NCBI GenBank assembly: GCA_963829525.1
Contig: CAWHIJ010000003.1
Coordinates: forward strand, 2,848,001-2,912,000
DNA from: an uncultured Actinomycetota bacterium
GTDB taxonomy: Bacteria > Actinomycetota > Actinomycetes > JAHEKZ01
DNA: 64,000 nt
Reading direction: 5' to 3'
Under the pieces are notes generated by a model. That model did not search any database. It was not told where the DNA came from and saw nothing but the letters and a program-made list of their open reading frames with translations. Below are positions 48,419 through 59,648 of the stretch, in pieces. A program made the translations under genes and the position numbers. Position 1 is the first letter of the stretch, and each line of letters opens with the position of its first letter.

Positions 48419-51400
48419 TCAGCCCAGCCTCGTCCGGCGGCGGCGCACCATCGCCGCACCCATGAGCATCAAGGTGACCCCCCAAAGCGCAAGCCGGGTG
48501 ACGTCGCCACCGGTGTGCGGCAGCTCTCCAGCCTGCGGCGCGGGATCGGGAGCGTTCGGTTCGCGGGGGTCCTGCGGAGGTACTGACGAGCCGTTGACCT
48601 CAACCGACACTGTGGCCTCTGAGCAGTCTCCATCTGGATCGCAGATCTGGTAGCTGAACTCGTCGGGACCGTCGTAGCCGTCGTCCGGTGTGTAGGTGAC
48701 GCTGCCATCGGCACCCACCGTGACCGTTCCGTGGGGAGGCTGACTGACGACCCCGACGGTTACGGGCTCACCGTCTACCTCGTCGTCATTGTCGACAACG
48801 GGAATGACTACTGGCTGACCGTCCTTGACGACGATCGCATCGTCGTTGGCCACCGGGGCGTCGTCGACCGGGTCGACAGTCACGGTGACGACCGCATCAT
48901 CGCACCGGCCACCTGGGTCGCAGACCGTGTAGGTGAAGGTGGTCGTCCCACTCCAGTTTTCGTCTGGTGTGAAGACCAGTCGCCCACCCGCGCGCGCCGC
49001 CGTTCCGTGCTTTGGCTGGCTGAAGGTGTCGATGCTCAGCGAGTCGCCGTCCGGGTCGGTGTCGTTACCGCGCACGTTGATCGTCACCGGGGTGTCTTCT
49101 GGCGTCGTCGCTGCGTCGTCAACGGCGTCCGGGCGCCGGTTCGGGTCGCGCAGCCAGATGTCGAGGGCGACCGTGGCGGTGTCGCACTCTGCGGGAAGCC
49201 CGTCGTCGCAAACCTCGTACTGGAACGAGTCAGCTCCGTCGTAGCCAGGCTCAGCCGTGAAGTTGACAGATCCGTCGGCGTTCACCGCCACCGTGCCGTG
49301 CATGGGCTGCGTGAGGATGGTGACTGACGCCGGGTCGAGCGCACCGTCGCTGTCGCTGTCGTTGGCAAGGATGCCAATGGTGAGGGTGCGGCCCTCGCGC
49401 ACCCGACCAGAGTCGTTGCGCGCTCGGGGCGGGTCGTTGACGGCATTGACCGTCACCGTGACCTCAGCCGTCGTGCAGCTTCCGGCAACGTCGCACACGG
49501 TGTACGTGAAGGTGTCAGTTCCACTGAAGTCAGGGTCCGGTGTGTAATCGATCGTCCCGTCTGGGTTGACCGTCACCGTCCCGTTAGAAGCAGGGCCGGC
49601 TGAGGAGACGGTCAGTACACCGCCGTCAGGGTCGGAGTCGTTGGTCAGCACGTCAATGGTGACCGGCCCGGAGTCCTCGTCCACCGTGGCAGCGTCGTCG
49701 ACGGCGTCAGGTCCTTGGTTGGCCGAGACCGTGATGTCGACTGTTGCCGTGTCGCACTTGGTGGGCGTTCCGTCGTCGCACACCTCGTAGGTGAACGAGT
49801 CGTTGCCGACAAATCCGTCGTCAGCCACGTACGTGACGCTGCCATCGGGGTTCACGGTCACAGCCCCATTGCTCGGGCCAGACGTGATCGACACAGACGT
49901 GTCGTCAACGGCGCCATCTGGATCGGAGTCGTTCGCGAGGATGTCGATGTCGATGTCGACTCCCCAGATGCCAGCAGCACTGTCATCGACCGCGTCCGGG
50001 GGGTCGTTGACGGCGTTGACGGTGATGTCGACGACGGCGGTGTCGCAGAGGCCGGCGTAGTCGCAGACCTCGTAGGTGAAGCTGTCCGTTCCGAAGAAGT
50101 CGGGGTCGGGGGTGTAGTCGATCGACCCGTCGGGGTTGACCGACGTGGAACCGTTCGACGGTCCGGAGGTGACACTGACCGAGGCGGGGTCGAGCCCGTC
50201 GTCGATGTCGGTGTCGTTGCCCAGGACGTCAACGGTGACCGACGAGTCTTCATCCACCGAGTCGACGTCGTTGACAGCGTTGGGACCATCATTGACGTCG
50301 CTGACGGTGACATCGACCGTTGCCGTGTCACAGTCACCGTCGACGTCGCACACCCGATACGTGAACGAGTCGGTTCCGAAGAAGTCGGGGTCGGGGGTGT
50401 AGTCGATCGACCCGTCGGGGTTCACCGACGTGGAACCGTTCGACGGTCCGGAAGTCACCGTCACCGAACTCGGATCGATCGCTCCCTCAATATCGGTGTC
50501 GTTTCCGAGGACGTCGATGGTGACGCTGCTGTCCTCGTTGACCAGCGCCGAGTCGTCGACGGCGTCGGGGCCGTCGTTGACGGCGTTGATGGTGATGTCG
50601 ACGACGGCGGTGTCGCAGAGGCCGGCGAAGTCGCAGACCTCGTAGGTGAAGGAGTCAGTGCCGAAGAAGTTGGGGTCGGGGGTGTAGTCGATGCTGCCGT
50701 CGGGGTTGACCGAGGTCGACCCGTTGCTGGGCGCACCGGTCACGGTCACGCGGGCGGGGTCGAGGCCGTCGTCGATGTCGGTCGTCGTTGCCCAGCACGT
50801 CGACTGTGACGGACGAGTCCTCGTTCACCGAGTCGGAGTCATCGACGGCGACCGGTCCGTCGTTGACAGGAGTGACCGTGATGTCGACGACGGCGGTGTC
50901 ACAGAGGCCGGCAAGGTCACAGACCTCGTAGGTGAAGCTGTCGGTGCCGAAGAAGTCCGGGTCAGGGGTGTAGTCGATGCTGCCGTCCGGGTTGACCGAC
51001 GTCGACCCGTTGCGGGCCGGACCGGTCACGGTCACGCTGGCGGGGTCGAGGCCGTCGTCGATGTCGGTGTCGTTGCCCAGCACATCGACCGTGACCGACG
51101 CGTCCTCATTGACAGTGTCGGAGTCGTCCACAGCGTTCGGGCCGTCGTTGACCGAGTTGACCGTGATGTTGACCGTCGCGGTGTCACAGCCCGGGCCCAC
51201 GGGAAGTGGGGTGGTGTCGCAGACCTCGTAGGTGAAGCTGTCGGTGCCGTAGAAGTCGGGGTCAGGCGTGTAGTCGATGCTGCCGTCGGGGTTGACCGAG
51301 GTCGACCCGTTCGACGGACCGGAGGTCACCGTGACGCTCCCCGGATCGATGTCTCCCTCGGGGTCGGTGTCGTTGCCGAGGACGTCCACTGTGACCGAGG

Positions 51401-53828
51401 AGTCCTCGTTCACCGAGTCGGAGTCGTCGACAGCGACCGGGGGCTCAGGCAGGTTGCTGACCGTGATGTAGACCGTGGCGCTGGCGCACACCAAGCTTGG
51501 GTCACAGACCTGATAGGTGAACGAGTCAGACCCAATGAATCCGAAATCGGGGGTGTAGTGAACCGTGCCATCGGGGTTCACCGACGCCGAGCCGTTGCCC
51601 GGGGTCGAGGTCAGCACCGTGGTCAGCGAATCACCGTCGACGTCGTCGTCGTTGACCTGAACATCGATGTCCGTCGGGGTGTCCTGGTCGACGTTCGCGA
51701 AGTCGTCGCCAGCGCTCGGGCCATCGTTGACCGCATTCACGGTGACAACAACGACGGCGGTGTCGCACAAGCCAGCGAAGTCACACACCTCGTAGGTGAA
51801 GCTGTCAGTGCCGAAGAAGTCCGCGTCCGGGGTGTAGTCGATGCTCCCGTCGGGATTCACCGACGTCGACCCGTTGCTGGGTGCACCGGTCACGGTCACG
51901 CTGGCGGGGTCGAGGCCGTCATCGACGTCAGAGTCGTTACCGAGGACATCAACCGTGACCGACGAGTCCTCGTTGACGGAGTCGACGTCGTCGACCGCGG
52001 CAGGGCCGTCGTTGACGGACGTAACCGTGACCGTCACCGTTGCGGTGTCAGTGCCACCATTGCCATCAGAGATCGAGTACGTGAACGAGTCAGACCCGAA
52101 GAAGTTCGCATTCGGCGTATAGGTGACTGACGTTCCGGTGAACGACACCGACCCATTCGACGCCGACCCCACACCCGTCACCGTCAACGAGTTCCCCTCA
52201 GGATCGGTGTCATTACCCCGCGGATCAAACGTCAACGACGCATCCTCATTGATCGTCCGCGAATCATCGACCGCGTCCGGAGGGTCGTTGACCGACGTAA
52301 CCGTGACCGTCACCGTTGCGGTGTCAGTGCCACCATTGCCATCAGAGATCGAGTACGTGAACGAGTCAGACCCGAAGAAGTCCGCATTCGGCGTATAGGT
52401 GACTGACGTTCCGGTGAACGACACCGACCCATTCGACGCCGACCCCACACCCGTCACCGTCAACGAGTTCCCCTCAGGATCGGTGTCATTACCCCGCGGA
52501 TCAAACGTCAACGACGCATCCTCATTGATCGTCCGCGAATCGTTGACAGCGTCCGGAGGGTCGTTGACGGCGTTGACGGTCACGTTGACCGTCGCGGTGT
52601 CGCAGAGCGGAACCGGAGCGGTCGAGTCGCATACCGTGTAGGTGAAGCTGTCGCTACCGTTGAAATTCGCGTTCGGCGTGTACCGCACCTGACCACCGAC
52701 AACGCTTGCTGTTCCGTTTGACGGTTGGGAGGCCACCGACAGCGAGGAGGCGTTCAAGTTTCCATTGACGTCTGAGTCATTCGTCAGCACGTTGACGTCC
52801 ACACTGGTGTCTTCGTTGGTCGTCGCGCTGTCGTCAACTGCATCAGGCGCAGTGGGGCCGTAGATGGAGGTAAGCGAAATCAGGTTCGGTTCCGAACCAC
52901 CGTCATCGTTGTAGTGGTACGACGATCCGGAGTAGTCGTAGATCATTCCCGACACGTTCTGCGAGCCTGTGGCCAGCACCTTGAAGGTGATTGCCAGCGT
53001 CATGCCGACACCACCGACCTTGCCACCGGTATAGCCCACCGGCCCGACACAGCTGCGGTAGGTGCCGCTGGTCCTGTCGTTGTTCCAGCCGCAGCCATCG
53101 GCGTACATCTGCGTGTTGGTGCCACCTGACGGTGTTGGGTAGCTAGCTGTGAATGACTCGACCTGGAACATCGAGTTGTTGAAGTAGAACGCCGTCACCA
53201 GCTGCTCGTAACCGCCTGGCGCCGTCTTGGCGACGATGTTCACCGTGCAGGTCGATCCCACGTATACGGTCTCTGTCGCTGCGATACACCCAGCGGCCGG
53301 GTCGTTCACAAGGCTCAGAGCGGTGACCGCGTTGCGGTTCTGCGACACGAGCTTCTCGACGTAGATCTCGCGGTTCGCCGGCGTCGACACTGCAGCGACG
53401 GAGTCGCCGGTTGCTGTCACCTGAAACTGCCGCGCGGTGTTGTAGGCGGACGCGTTTCGGGTGACCTGGACGTTGAAGTAGTAGTCACGGCAGGCGCCCG
53501 CACCCAGAGATGCGGTGCTGAAGGTCGTGGTGTTCGTGAGGTTGACGTAGGTGTTGGCGCTCAACCAGTTCCAGTTGACCGCAACATTGGTTACCGGATT
53601 CGTCCCGGTGTTGCAGACCCGCCCACCGATCGGGAACACGTTCGGTCCCGCGGTCACGTTGTTGGAGTCCAGGCCGATCACGTTCCAGCCGAGCGGCGTG
53701 ATCGTCAGAGGCCCCGGGGCGGCTGACGCCGTCAAGGGTTGGCCGATCAAGACGGCGGCGGCGACCGCCACAGTTGCCAGTGCCTTGCCGGCAATCCCGC
53801 TTCCCCACGCACGCATGAACACACCCAT
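48419..53828 (-). CDS. ~1800-aa sortase-anchored surface protein with 15 cadherin-like Ig (Big_9/tandem-95) repeats; extra base at 50783
   Basis: Signal peptide, ~290-aa non-repeat domain, 15 x NDxPxAVDD...VLxND...YTP...DSFTY repeats, LPHTG + TM + RRRR; sister repeats pinpoint the inserted C. Confidence 0.9.
52017..52568 (-). repeat. Near-identical 276-bp tandem duplication of one Ig repeat
   Basis: Repeats 2 and 3 (DSRTINEDASLTFDPRGND...) are almost identical at DNA level. Confidence 0.9.
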
Positions 53829-53864
53829 CAGTCATAGCGGGGGCACCCCCGCTCAACTGATCCC

Positions 53865-53891
53865 TTCGGGTGAAAGGCGGTAACGCTTGAC
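53865..53891 (-). promoter_or_regulatory. Candidate sigma-28 (WhiG/FliA) promoter of the adhesin gene
   Basis: GTCAAG-N15-CCCGAA, i.e. (G)TCA-N17-(C)CCGAA. Confidence 0.45.
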
Positions 53892-54042
53892 GCTGTTCTT
53901 CAAGAGATGCCCGTTTTGCCCGTGTTTTTCCGCCTTTATGGGTCAGAAGGACTACCCCGTTCAGGCAGGATGTCCGGCTTCAGGGGTTGCACCCGCCGAC
54001 CAACGCCGCCCCTCGGCGGCCTCGCCTGCCGTGCCCGACCGG

Positions 54043-55057
54043 TCAACCGATGAGCGGACGGATCCGCCCGACGGGCTGGCCGTGGCCGAGCACCGGCAGC
54101 AGACCCCACTGCTCAAACGCTGCCACGTCGGCGTCCGGCTCAGACGCCGCGCCGAGCGCCCGGAGGGCCGCGACGAGCACCACCTGTGCGGCCCGGAAAC
54201 CCCCGTCGGCGATCTTGAGAGCAACCGCACGACCATCGGGAAGAGCGGCGACGTAGACGGCCTCAGCACCGTCCTTGACCAACAGCCCCGGAACCGCACG
54301 CATCAAGCCAGTGACCTCCGATTGCTCGCCGCCGACGAACTGCGGGTGAGCGCGCATCGCGTCAGCCACGGCGGCCAGCGCCGTTGGCTGCTCCGAAGCG
54401 CCGGCGGGAAGGTAGTCGGCATAACTGCCTGGACGTGACGGCGTGCCGATACACGCGCGCCAGTGCCACCAGTGGCAACGCCCAGGCCGGAGCCCCGCAA
54501 CCGTCGGTGGCGACATGAGCAACGGGCTCCCCGATCGACGTCTCGACGTGTTCGCGAAGCGTCACCTGCAGGGGGTGCTCCGGTTCGAGGTACGTCGCGG
54601 TGTCCCAGTTGCGCAGCACGCAGGTCGCGAGCATTGCCGCGTGCTTCCCCGAACACCCGTGGTAGATCGGTCGGGCCATCCCGTCGCCGCGTACGACGTC
54701 GCGGCGCGCGACGGAATCCTCGGGCAAGGAGGGAGTGGTCTGCAGCGCAGACTCGTCGAGTCCAGCGGAGGCGAGCACCGCTCGCACCGCGTCAACATGT
54801 TTCGGCTCCCCCCAGTGCGACGCTGCCGACAGCGCTAGCTGCTCACCCTCGAGCTCAAGACCGAGAGAGCGCATCCCAGCAGCCTGCATGAGCTTGTTGG
54901 CGCTGCGCGGGTGCATCGGCGCAGCAACGTCCCCGTACGCCAAGGCGACCTCACCGGTGGCATTGAGGGCGATCAGACGACCGAAGTGGAGACCCTCGTC
55001 GAACCCGTTCCGCTCAACGGCTGCTAAAGGTACGTAGCCGGTGGATGTGTCAGTCAC
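54043..55057 (-). CDS. Asparaginase II (rhizobial-type AnsA) family protein; frameshift at ~54433
   Basis: PRSANKLMQA, ASHWGE..H, CSGKHAAML, DGCGAP, KDGAEAV, ALKIADG. Confidence 0.85.
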
Positions 55058-55116
55058 GGCGTCAACCTGGTGTGCACTCGACGCGTCACGGCGTCAACTC
55101 GGTGTGCACTCGGCGG
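55053..55116. repeat. 32-bp tandem repeat, 2 copies
   Basis: GTCACGGCGTCAACCTGGTGTGCACTCGACGC / GTCACGGCGTCAACTCGGTGTGCACTCGGCGG. Confidence 0.85.
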
Positions 55117-55127
55117 GCCTGACGGGG

Positions 55128-55718
55128 TCAGCGGCCGGCCAGCAGGTCGTCGACGGTGGCTTCGCCCGACTGGTAGCGGCGGGCGATCTCGGCGGTACAC
55201 GCGTCCATCACCTCTTGGACGCGCCGCCGGTTGCGCGACACTGCGGACTCGTAGCTGGTCAGGCGCGTCAGCGACTCTGCGAGCTCTTCATCGGTCCGGT
55301 TGACGACGTCGGAGACGCCGACATCGGAAACCAGCTGCTCGACCGAGCGCCGGTGATCGGCGACGCGCGACGGCTCGACGGTGGTGTGCCGCCCCATCCC
55401 GTGCGGCTGCCCAGCGGGACCATCGGCAAGGATGCCGGCGAGCTGGTCAACGAGCGACCCACGCTCGTCACCGGTGCGCCGGCTCAGCTCGGCGCGGACG
55501 ATGTCGATGCGCCCCTGCAGCAGTCGGCGGACGTAGGAGAGGTCGGCCTCCTCCTGCTCGGCCTCATGGCGACGGGCGCGCACGTCAGCCAGTGCCACGG
55601 TTCCGAGGTCGACGAGGAACCCCTCATCGAGCACATGGTCGATCCGGCGGCGTCCACCTGGCATCGGGTCGATACCGGCGACCTCTGGCGCGTCGGTAGA
55701 GCGGGATTCGCTGCTCAT
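55128..55718 (-). CDS. rsiG: RsiG/AmfC-family c-di-GMP-binding anti-sigma factor
   Basis: Two E(x)3S(x)2R(x)3Q(x)3D motifs (EADLSYVRRLLQGRID and ESAVSRNRRRVQEVMD); EIARRYQSGEATVDDLL C-terminus. Confidence 0.88.
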   Translation of the reverse strand: MSSESRSTDAPEVAGIDPMPGGRRRIDHVLDEGFLVDLGTVALADVRARRHEAEQEEADLSYVRRLLQGRIDIVRAELSRRTGDERGSLVDQLAGILADGPAGQPHGMGRHTTVEPSRVADHRRSVEQLVSDVGVSDVVNRTDEELAESLTRLTSYESAVSRNRRRVQEVMDACTAEIARRYQSGEATVDDLLAGR

Positions 55719-56559
55719 GCGGGAACTCCTCGGCGATCCTTGACCTTCAGCAGGCTACGGGCGTCGTCCGGCGTCATCGGCGGACGTTGGAAGAGTGTCG
55801 CAGCCTCGGCTGCTCGCTCGACAAGCTGGGCGTTGTCGCGCACCGGAACGCCCCTGGCCCAGGTCACGACGTCCTCCATACCGACCCGCAGGTGGCCGCC
55901 AGCGGACAGTGCGGCGAACATCACCGGCATCGTCGTCCGTCCGACGCCGGTGGCCGACCACGACGCCCCCGCGGGCAGCGCGTCGACCGCCGCCACCAGC
56001 GGCGGCCGCGGTGCCAGGCATCCCTCCGGGGACGCCCATCACCAGGTCGCAGTGCACCTGGCCGCCGTATGGGGCACCGAACTTGTCGAGCAGCCGGTTG
56101 AGCGCGGTGACGTGGCCGAGGTCGAAGAGCTCGAACTCCGGGACGATCTGCCGCTCCTGCGTCAGCTGGTACAGCTCGACCATGAACGGCCAGCTGTTCA
56201 TGAAGACCTCGTCGCCGAAGTTCACCGTGCCGCAGGTCAGCGAGCACGAGTCGGGCTCGGCGTCCAGCACCCGAAGCCGCGGCTGGTAGCCGTCGTGCAC
56301 CGATCCGCCGGTCGAGAGCTGGACGATCGAGGTTGCTGGAAGCCCGGACGGCGGCGACCGTGTCCTTCAGCCGGCCCAGGTCGAGCGTCGGCTGCGCGTC
56401 GTCGTCGCGGATGTGGATGTGGATCATCGCCGCGCCGGCGGCCTCGCAGGCCTGGGCGGTGGCGACGAGCTCGTCGATGGTGACGGGCAGCGCTGGAACG
56501 TCGGCCTTGCTCGACTCCGCCCCGGTGGGGGCGACGGTGATCAGGTGTGTGTGGGCCAT
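55715..56559 (-). CDS. Beta-keto acid cleavage enzyme (BKACE/Kce family); frameshifts at ~56330 and ~56000
   Basis: LITVAPTGA, GAAMIHIHIRD, SLTCGTVNFG, PEFELFD, GGHLRVGMED, NAQLV spread over three frames. Confidence 0.85.
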
Positions 56560-56635
56560 GCGGGCGATCCTGCCACGACGCCGTCGATTCGGGGCACCGT
56601 AGGGCTGATCCAGTGAATCTGGCGCCCCCTCAGCG

Positions 56636-56662
56636 CTCAGGCGGCGGCCCCGACATGCCGAA
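56636..56662 (+). promoter_or_regulatory. Candidate sigma-28 (WhiG/FliA) promoter of the DUF4388-like gene
   Basis: CTCA-N17-GCCGAA, matching the actinobacterial FliA-family consensus CTCA(N15-17)GCCGAA. Confidence 0.6.
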
Positions 56663-56795
56663 GAAACAGGTGTCGAGCCCTCGCCTCACGGTGGCTCGGC
56701 CTTGTGGCGATCGGCTGAGGCCACATGTCGTGTCGTGCCGGCCGCTGGCCTGCTCAATGGGAGGGGGTCTGACACCGTTGTCTTCAGCGCAGGTC

Positions 56796-59636
56796 ATGAC
56801 GTCCACCGTTGAGCCCGTACTCATCGAGCTGGGCGAGTCCGGGGCATCCGGCTGCCTCACGGTCACCGACCCCGCGGGCGAGCAGGCCGAGGTCTACTTC
56901 AAGGACGGCTCGGTCTACTCCGTCTTCGTCCCCGGCCGCCGGCGCGCAGCTCGGCGCCCGGCTGATCGCGTCCGGCGACCTGTCCCCCGAAGCGCTCACC
57001 TCCGCGCTCGACGTCCAGACCAACGAGCTGCAGGGCTGGCGGCTCGGCGAGCTGCTGGTCCACCTCGGCTACGTCGAGCGTGCGGTGGTCGAGGCTTTCG
57101 TCGTCGAGCAGCTGCGTGACGCCATGGCCGCCCTGCTGGAGTGGCCGGTCGCCGCCCACAAGTTCCGCAAGACCAAGAAGACCAGGCAGGACGTCGCGCC
57201 GCCGATGACGGTGCGTGAGCTGCTCTCCGAGGTCGAGATGCGTCGTCACCGCTGGAGCTGAGCTGGTCGAGTCGATCGGCGGCGAGCGCGGTATCCCGAT
57301 GCTGTCGGCGCGTCCGGACGGGGCCGCGGACGTCGTCCTGTCCAGCGCCGACTGGGCGCTGCTGTGCAAGGTCGACGGCAACCGCGACATCGCCGACCTC
57401 GCCGCCGAGTGCGGCTTCACCGTCTTCGAGGCGGCCCACGTCGTGCGTGCCCTGATGGACGGCGGACTCATCGACGTCGAGCTGCCCGACGACGAGCCGC
57501 GTTGCGTCCGTCACCTCGCTGGAGGACGCCCGCGGCAAGCGCCCGGCGTTCGAGCCAGCCCCAGACCCAGCCGGCGACGAGCTCGCCGGCGCCGTCAAGA
57601 AGGTCACCGCAGCCCTCGGCGACCTGTTCAAGACCGTCACGCCCCCGGGTGTCGGAACTTCGCTCGCGGACGCCGCGGCAGCTCTTGAGGCTGCCGAGCG
57701 ACGAGCTGGTAGCCGCAGCACCGCCCGTCGACGACGACGCGCTGGCCGCTGAGCGCCGAGCTCCGCGAGGCCGAGGAGCGGCTCGCCGCCGAGGTCGAGG
57801 CCTGGCTGGAGCACGAGGCGTGGCTCACCGAGCAGGCGCGCGGCCGTCGAGGCGGACGCGTGGGCGGCGCACGCCGCATGGCTCGATGAGCAGCGGGTGG
57901 CGACCGAAGCCGAGGCGTGGCTGTCGCACTACCAGTGGCTGGAGGACGAGCGCCGCCGTTGCGAGAAGACCGCCTGGGGCGAGCATCAGGCGTGGCTGGC
58001 CGAGCGCCAGGCTGCCGAGGCGACCCGCCTTGAGGCCGAGCGCAAGGCGATGGAGCACAAGGCCTGGAAAGACCACAGGCACTGGTTGAGCGCAGAGCGC
58101 AAGCGCGTCGAAGCTGACGCCTGGACCGACCACCAGACCTGGATGGACGCCGACCGCGTCCGCGTCGAAGCCGAGGCCTGGGACGCCCACGCACTCTGGT
58201 TGGACGACTCGGCCCGCAAGCTGGCCGAGCGGCTCGAGCTTGAGCGCAAGGCGGTCGAGAACAAGGCATGGAAGGATCACAAGGCCTGGCTGACCGCAGA
58301 GCGCAAGCGAGTCGAAACCGACGCCTGGATCGACCACCAGACCTGGATGGACGCCGACCGCGTCCGCGTCGAAGCCAAGGCGTGGGAAGCACACGTCAAG
58401 GTTCTCGAAGCTGAGCGTCGCTCCGTCGAGGGCGAGGCATGGGCCGCGCACACCGAGGTGCTGGACGCCGAGCGCTGCGAGGTCGAGGAGGAGGCCTGGC
58501 TCGTCCACGGCAAGTACCTCGAGTGGCACCGGAACGCGAACGAGGCTGCCGCGTGGTCCGACCACATCGTGTGGCTGGAAGGCGAGCGCGTTCGCGTCGA
58601 AGCCGAGGCGTGGGAGGCACATGCGGTCGTCGTGGCCGAAGAGGAGCGCCAGCGCGCGGATGCAGAGGCCGAGCGCCAGCGTGCAGAGGCGGAGGCTGCG
58701 CGCCTTGCCGAGCAGGCAGCCGAGCAAGACCGGCTCGAACAGGAGGCGCGCGAAGAGCAAGAGCGTCGCCGGCGCCGGCAGGAAGAAGCTGACCGCGCCG
58801 AGGCGGAGAAGGCCGCACGCCGGGAGGCCGAAGCCGCTGCCAAGCGCGAAGCCGAGGAAGCAGCCGCTGCAGAAGCCGAACGCCTCGAAGCCGAACGCCG
58901 CGAGGCCGAAGCCGCCGCCCAACGCGAAGCCGAGGAAGCAGCCGCTGCAGAAGCCGAACGCCTCGAAGCCGAACGCCGCGAGGCCGAAGCCGCCGCCCAA
59001 CGCGAGGCCGAGGAAGCAGCCGCTGCTGCTGAGGCCGCACGTCTTGAAGCCGAACGAGAAGCAGCCGCCGCAGAGGCCGCGCGCCTTGAAGCCGAAGCGG
59101 CAGAACGCGCACGCCTCCAGGCCGAACGAGAGGCCGCCGCGGCAGAACGCGCACGCCTCCAAGCCGAACAAGAGGCCGCCGCTGCAGAAGCGGCACGCCT
59201 CGAGGCTGAACGCCTCGAAGCCGCCGCCGAAGCCAAGCGCGCAGCCGAACGAGAGGCCGCCCGCAAGGCCGCGGAAGACGCCACCCAGGCTGCCGTTGCC
59301 GCTGCCGCTGCCGCCGAGCGTGAGCGGATGGTCGCTGAGCTGGCCGCCGCGGAGACGCCAAGCGTCGCGGAGTCTTTCGCCGACCTCGGCAACGACCCGG
59401 CCCCCTCTCCGGAGCCGATCGAGACCACCGAGGTCGTCGAGGTGTTCGAGCGTGAACCTGCGCCGAACCCTGGCCCGTCGGTCGATACCGCCGCACTCCT
59501 GCGCGAGCTCGCTAGCCTCGGCGGGTTCGGCGACAACCTGGGCGACGCCCCGTCCACTGTCTCTTCCCCGGTAACGTCAAGCCCGGTTACCAAGGACACG
59601 GAAAAGAAGAAGAAGAAGGGCCTCTTCGGCCGGTAG
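56796..59636 (+). CDS. ~940-aa DUF4388-like protein with Trp/His 19-residue repeats and a long Glu/Ala/Arg helix; several frameshifts in 56940-57840
   Basis: SGASGCLTV...[63 protein letters not shown]...GLI in successive frames; C-terminal [13 protein letters not shown] and [10 protein letters not shown]. Confidence 0.75.
58824..59030 (+). repeat. 78-bp (26-aa) coding tandem repeat, ~2.6 copies
   Basis: EAEAAA(K/Q)[19 protein letters not shown] units starting at 58824, 58902, 58980. Confidence 0.9.
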
Positions 59637-59648
59637 CGAGAAAGGCGT

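Noticed and set aside
50740-50800. Programmed frameshift or phase variation in the adhesin
   Set aside because: A single extra C relative to sister repeats, with no slippery or homopolymer tract; consistent with the window-wide indel errors.
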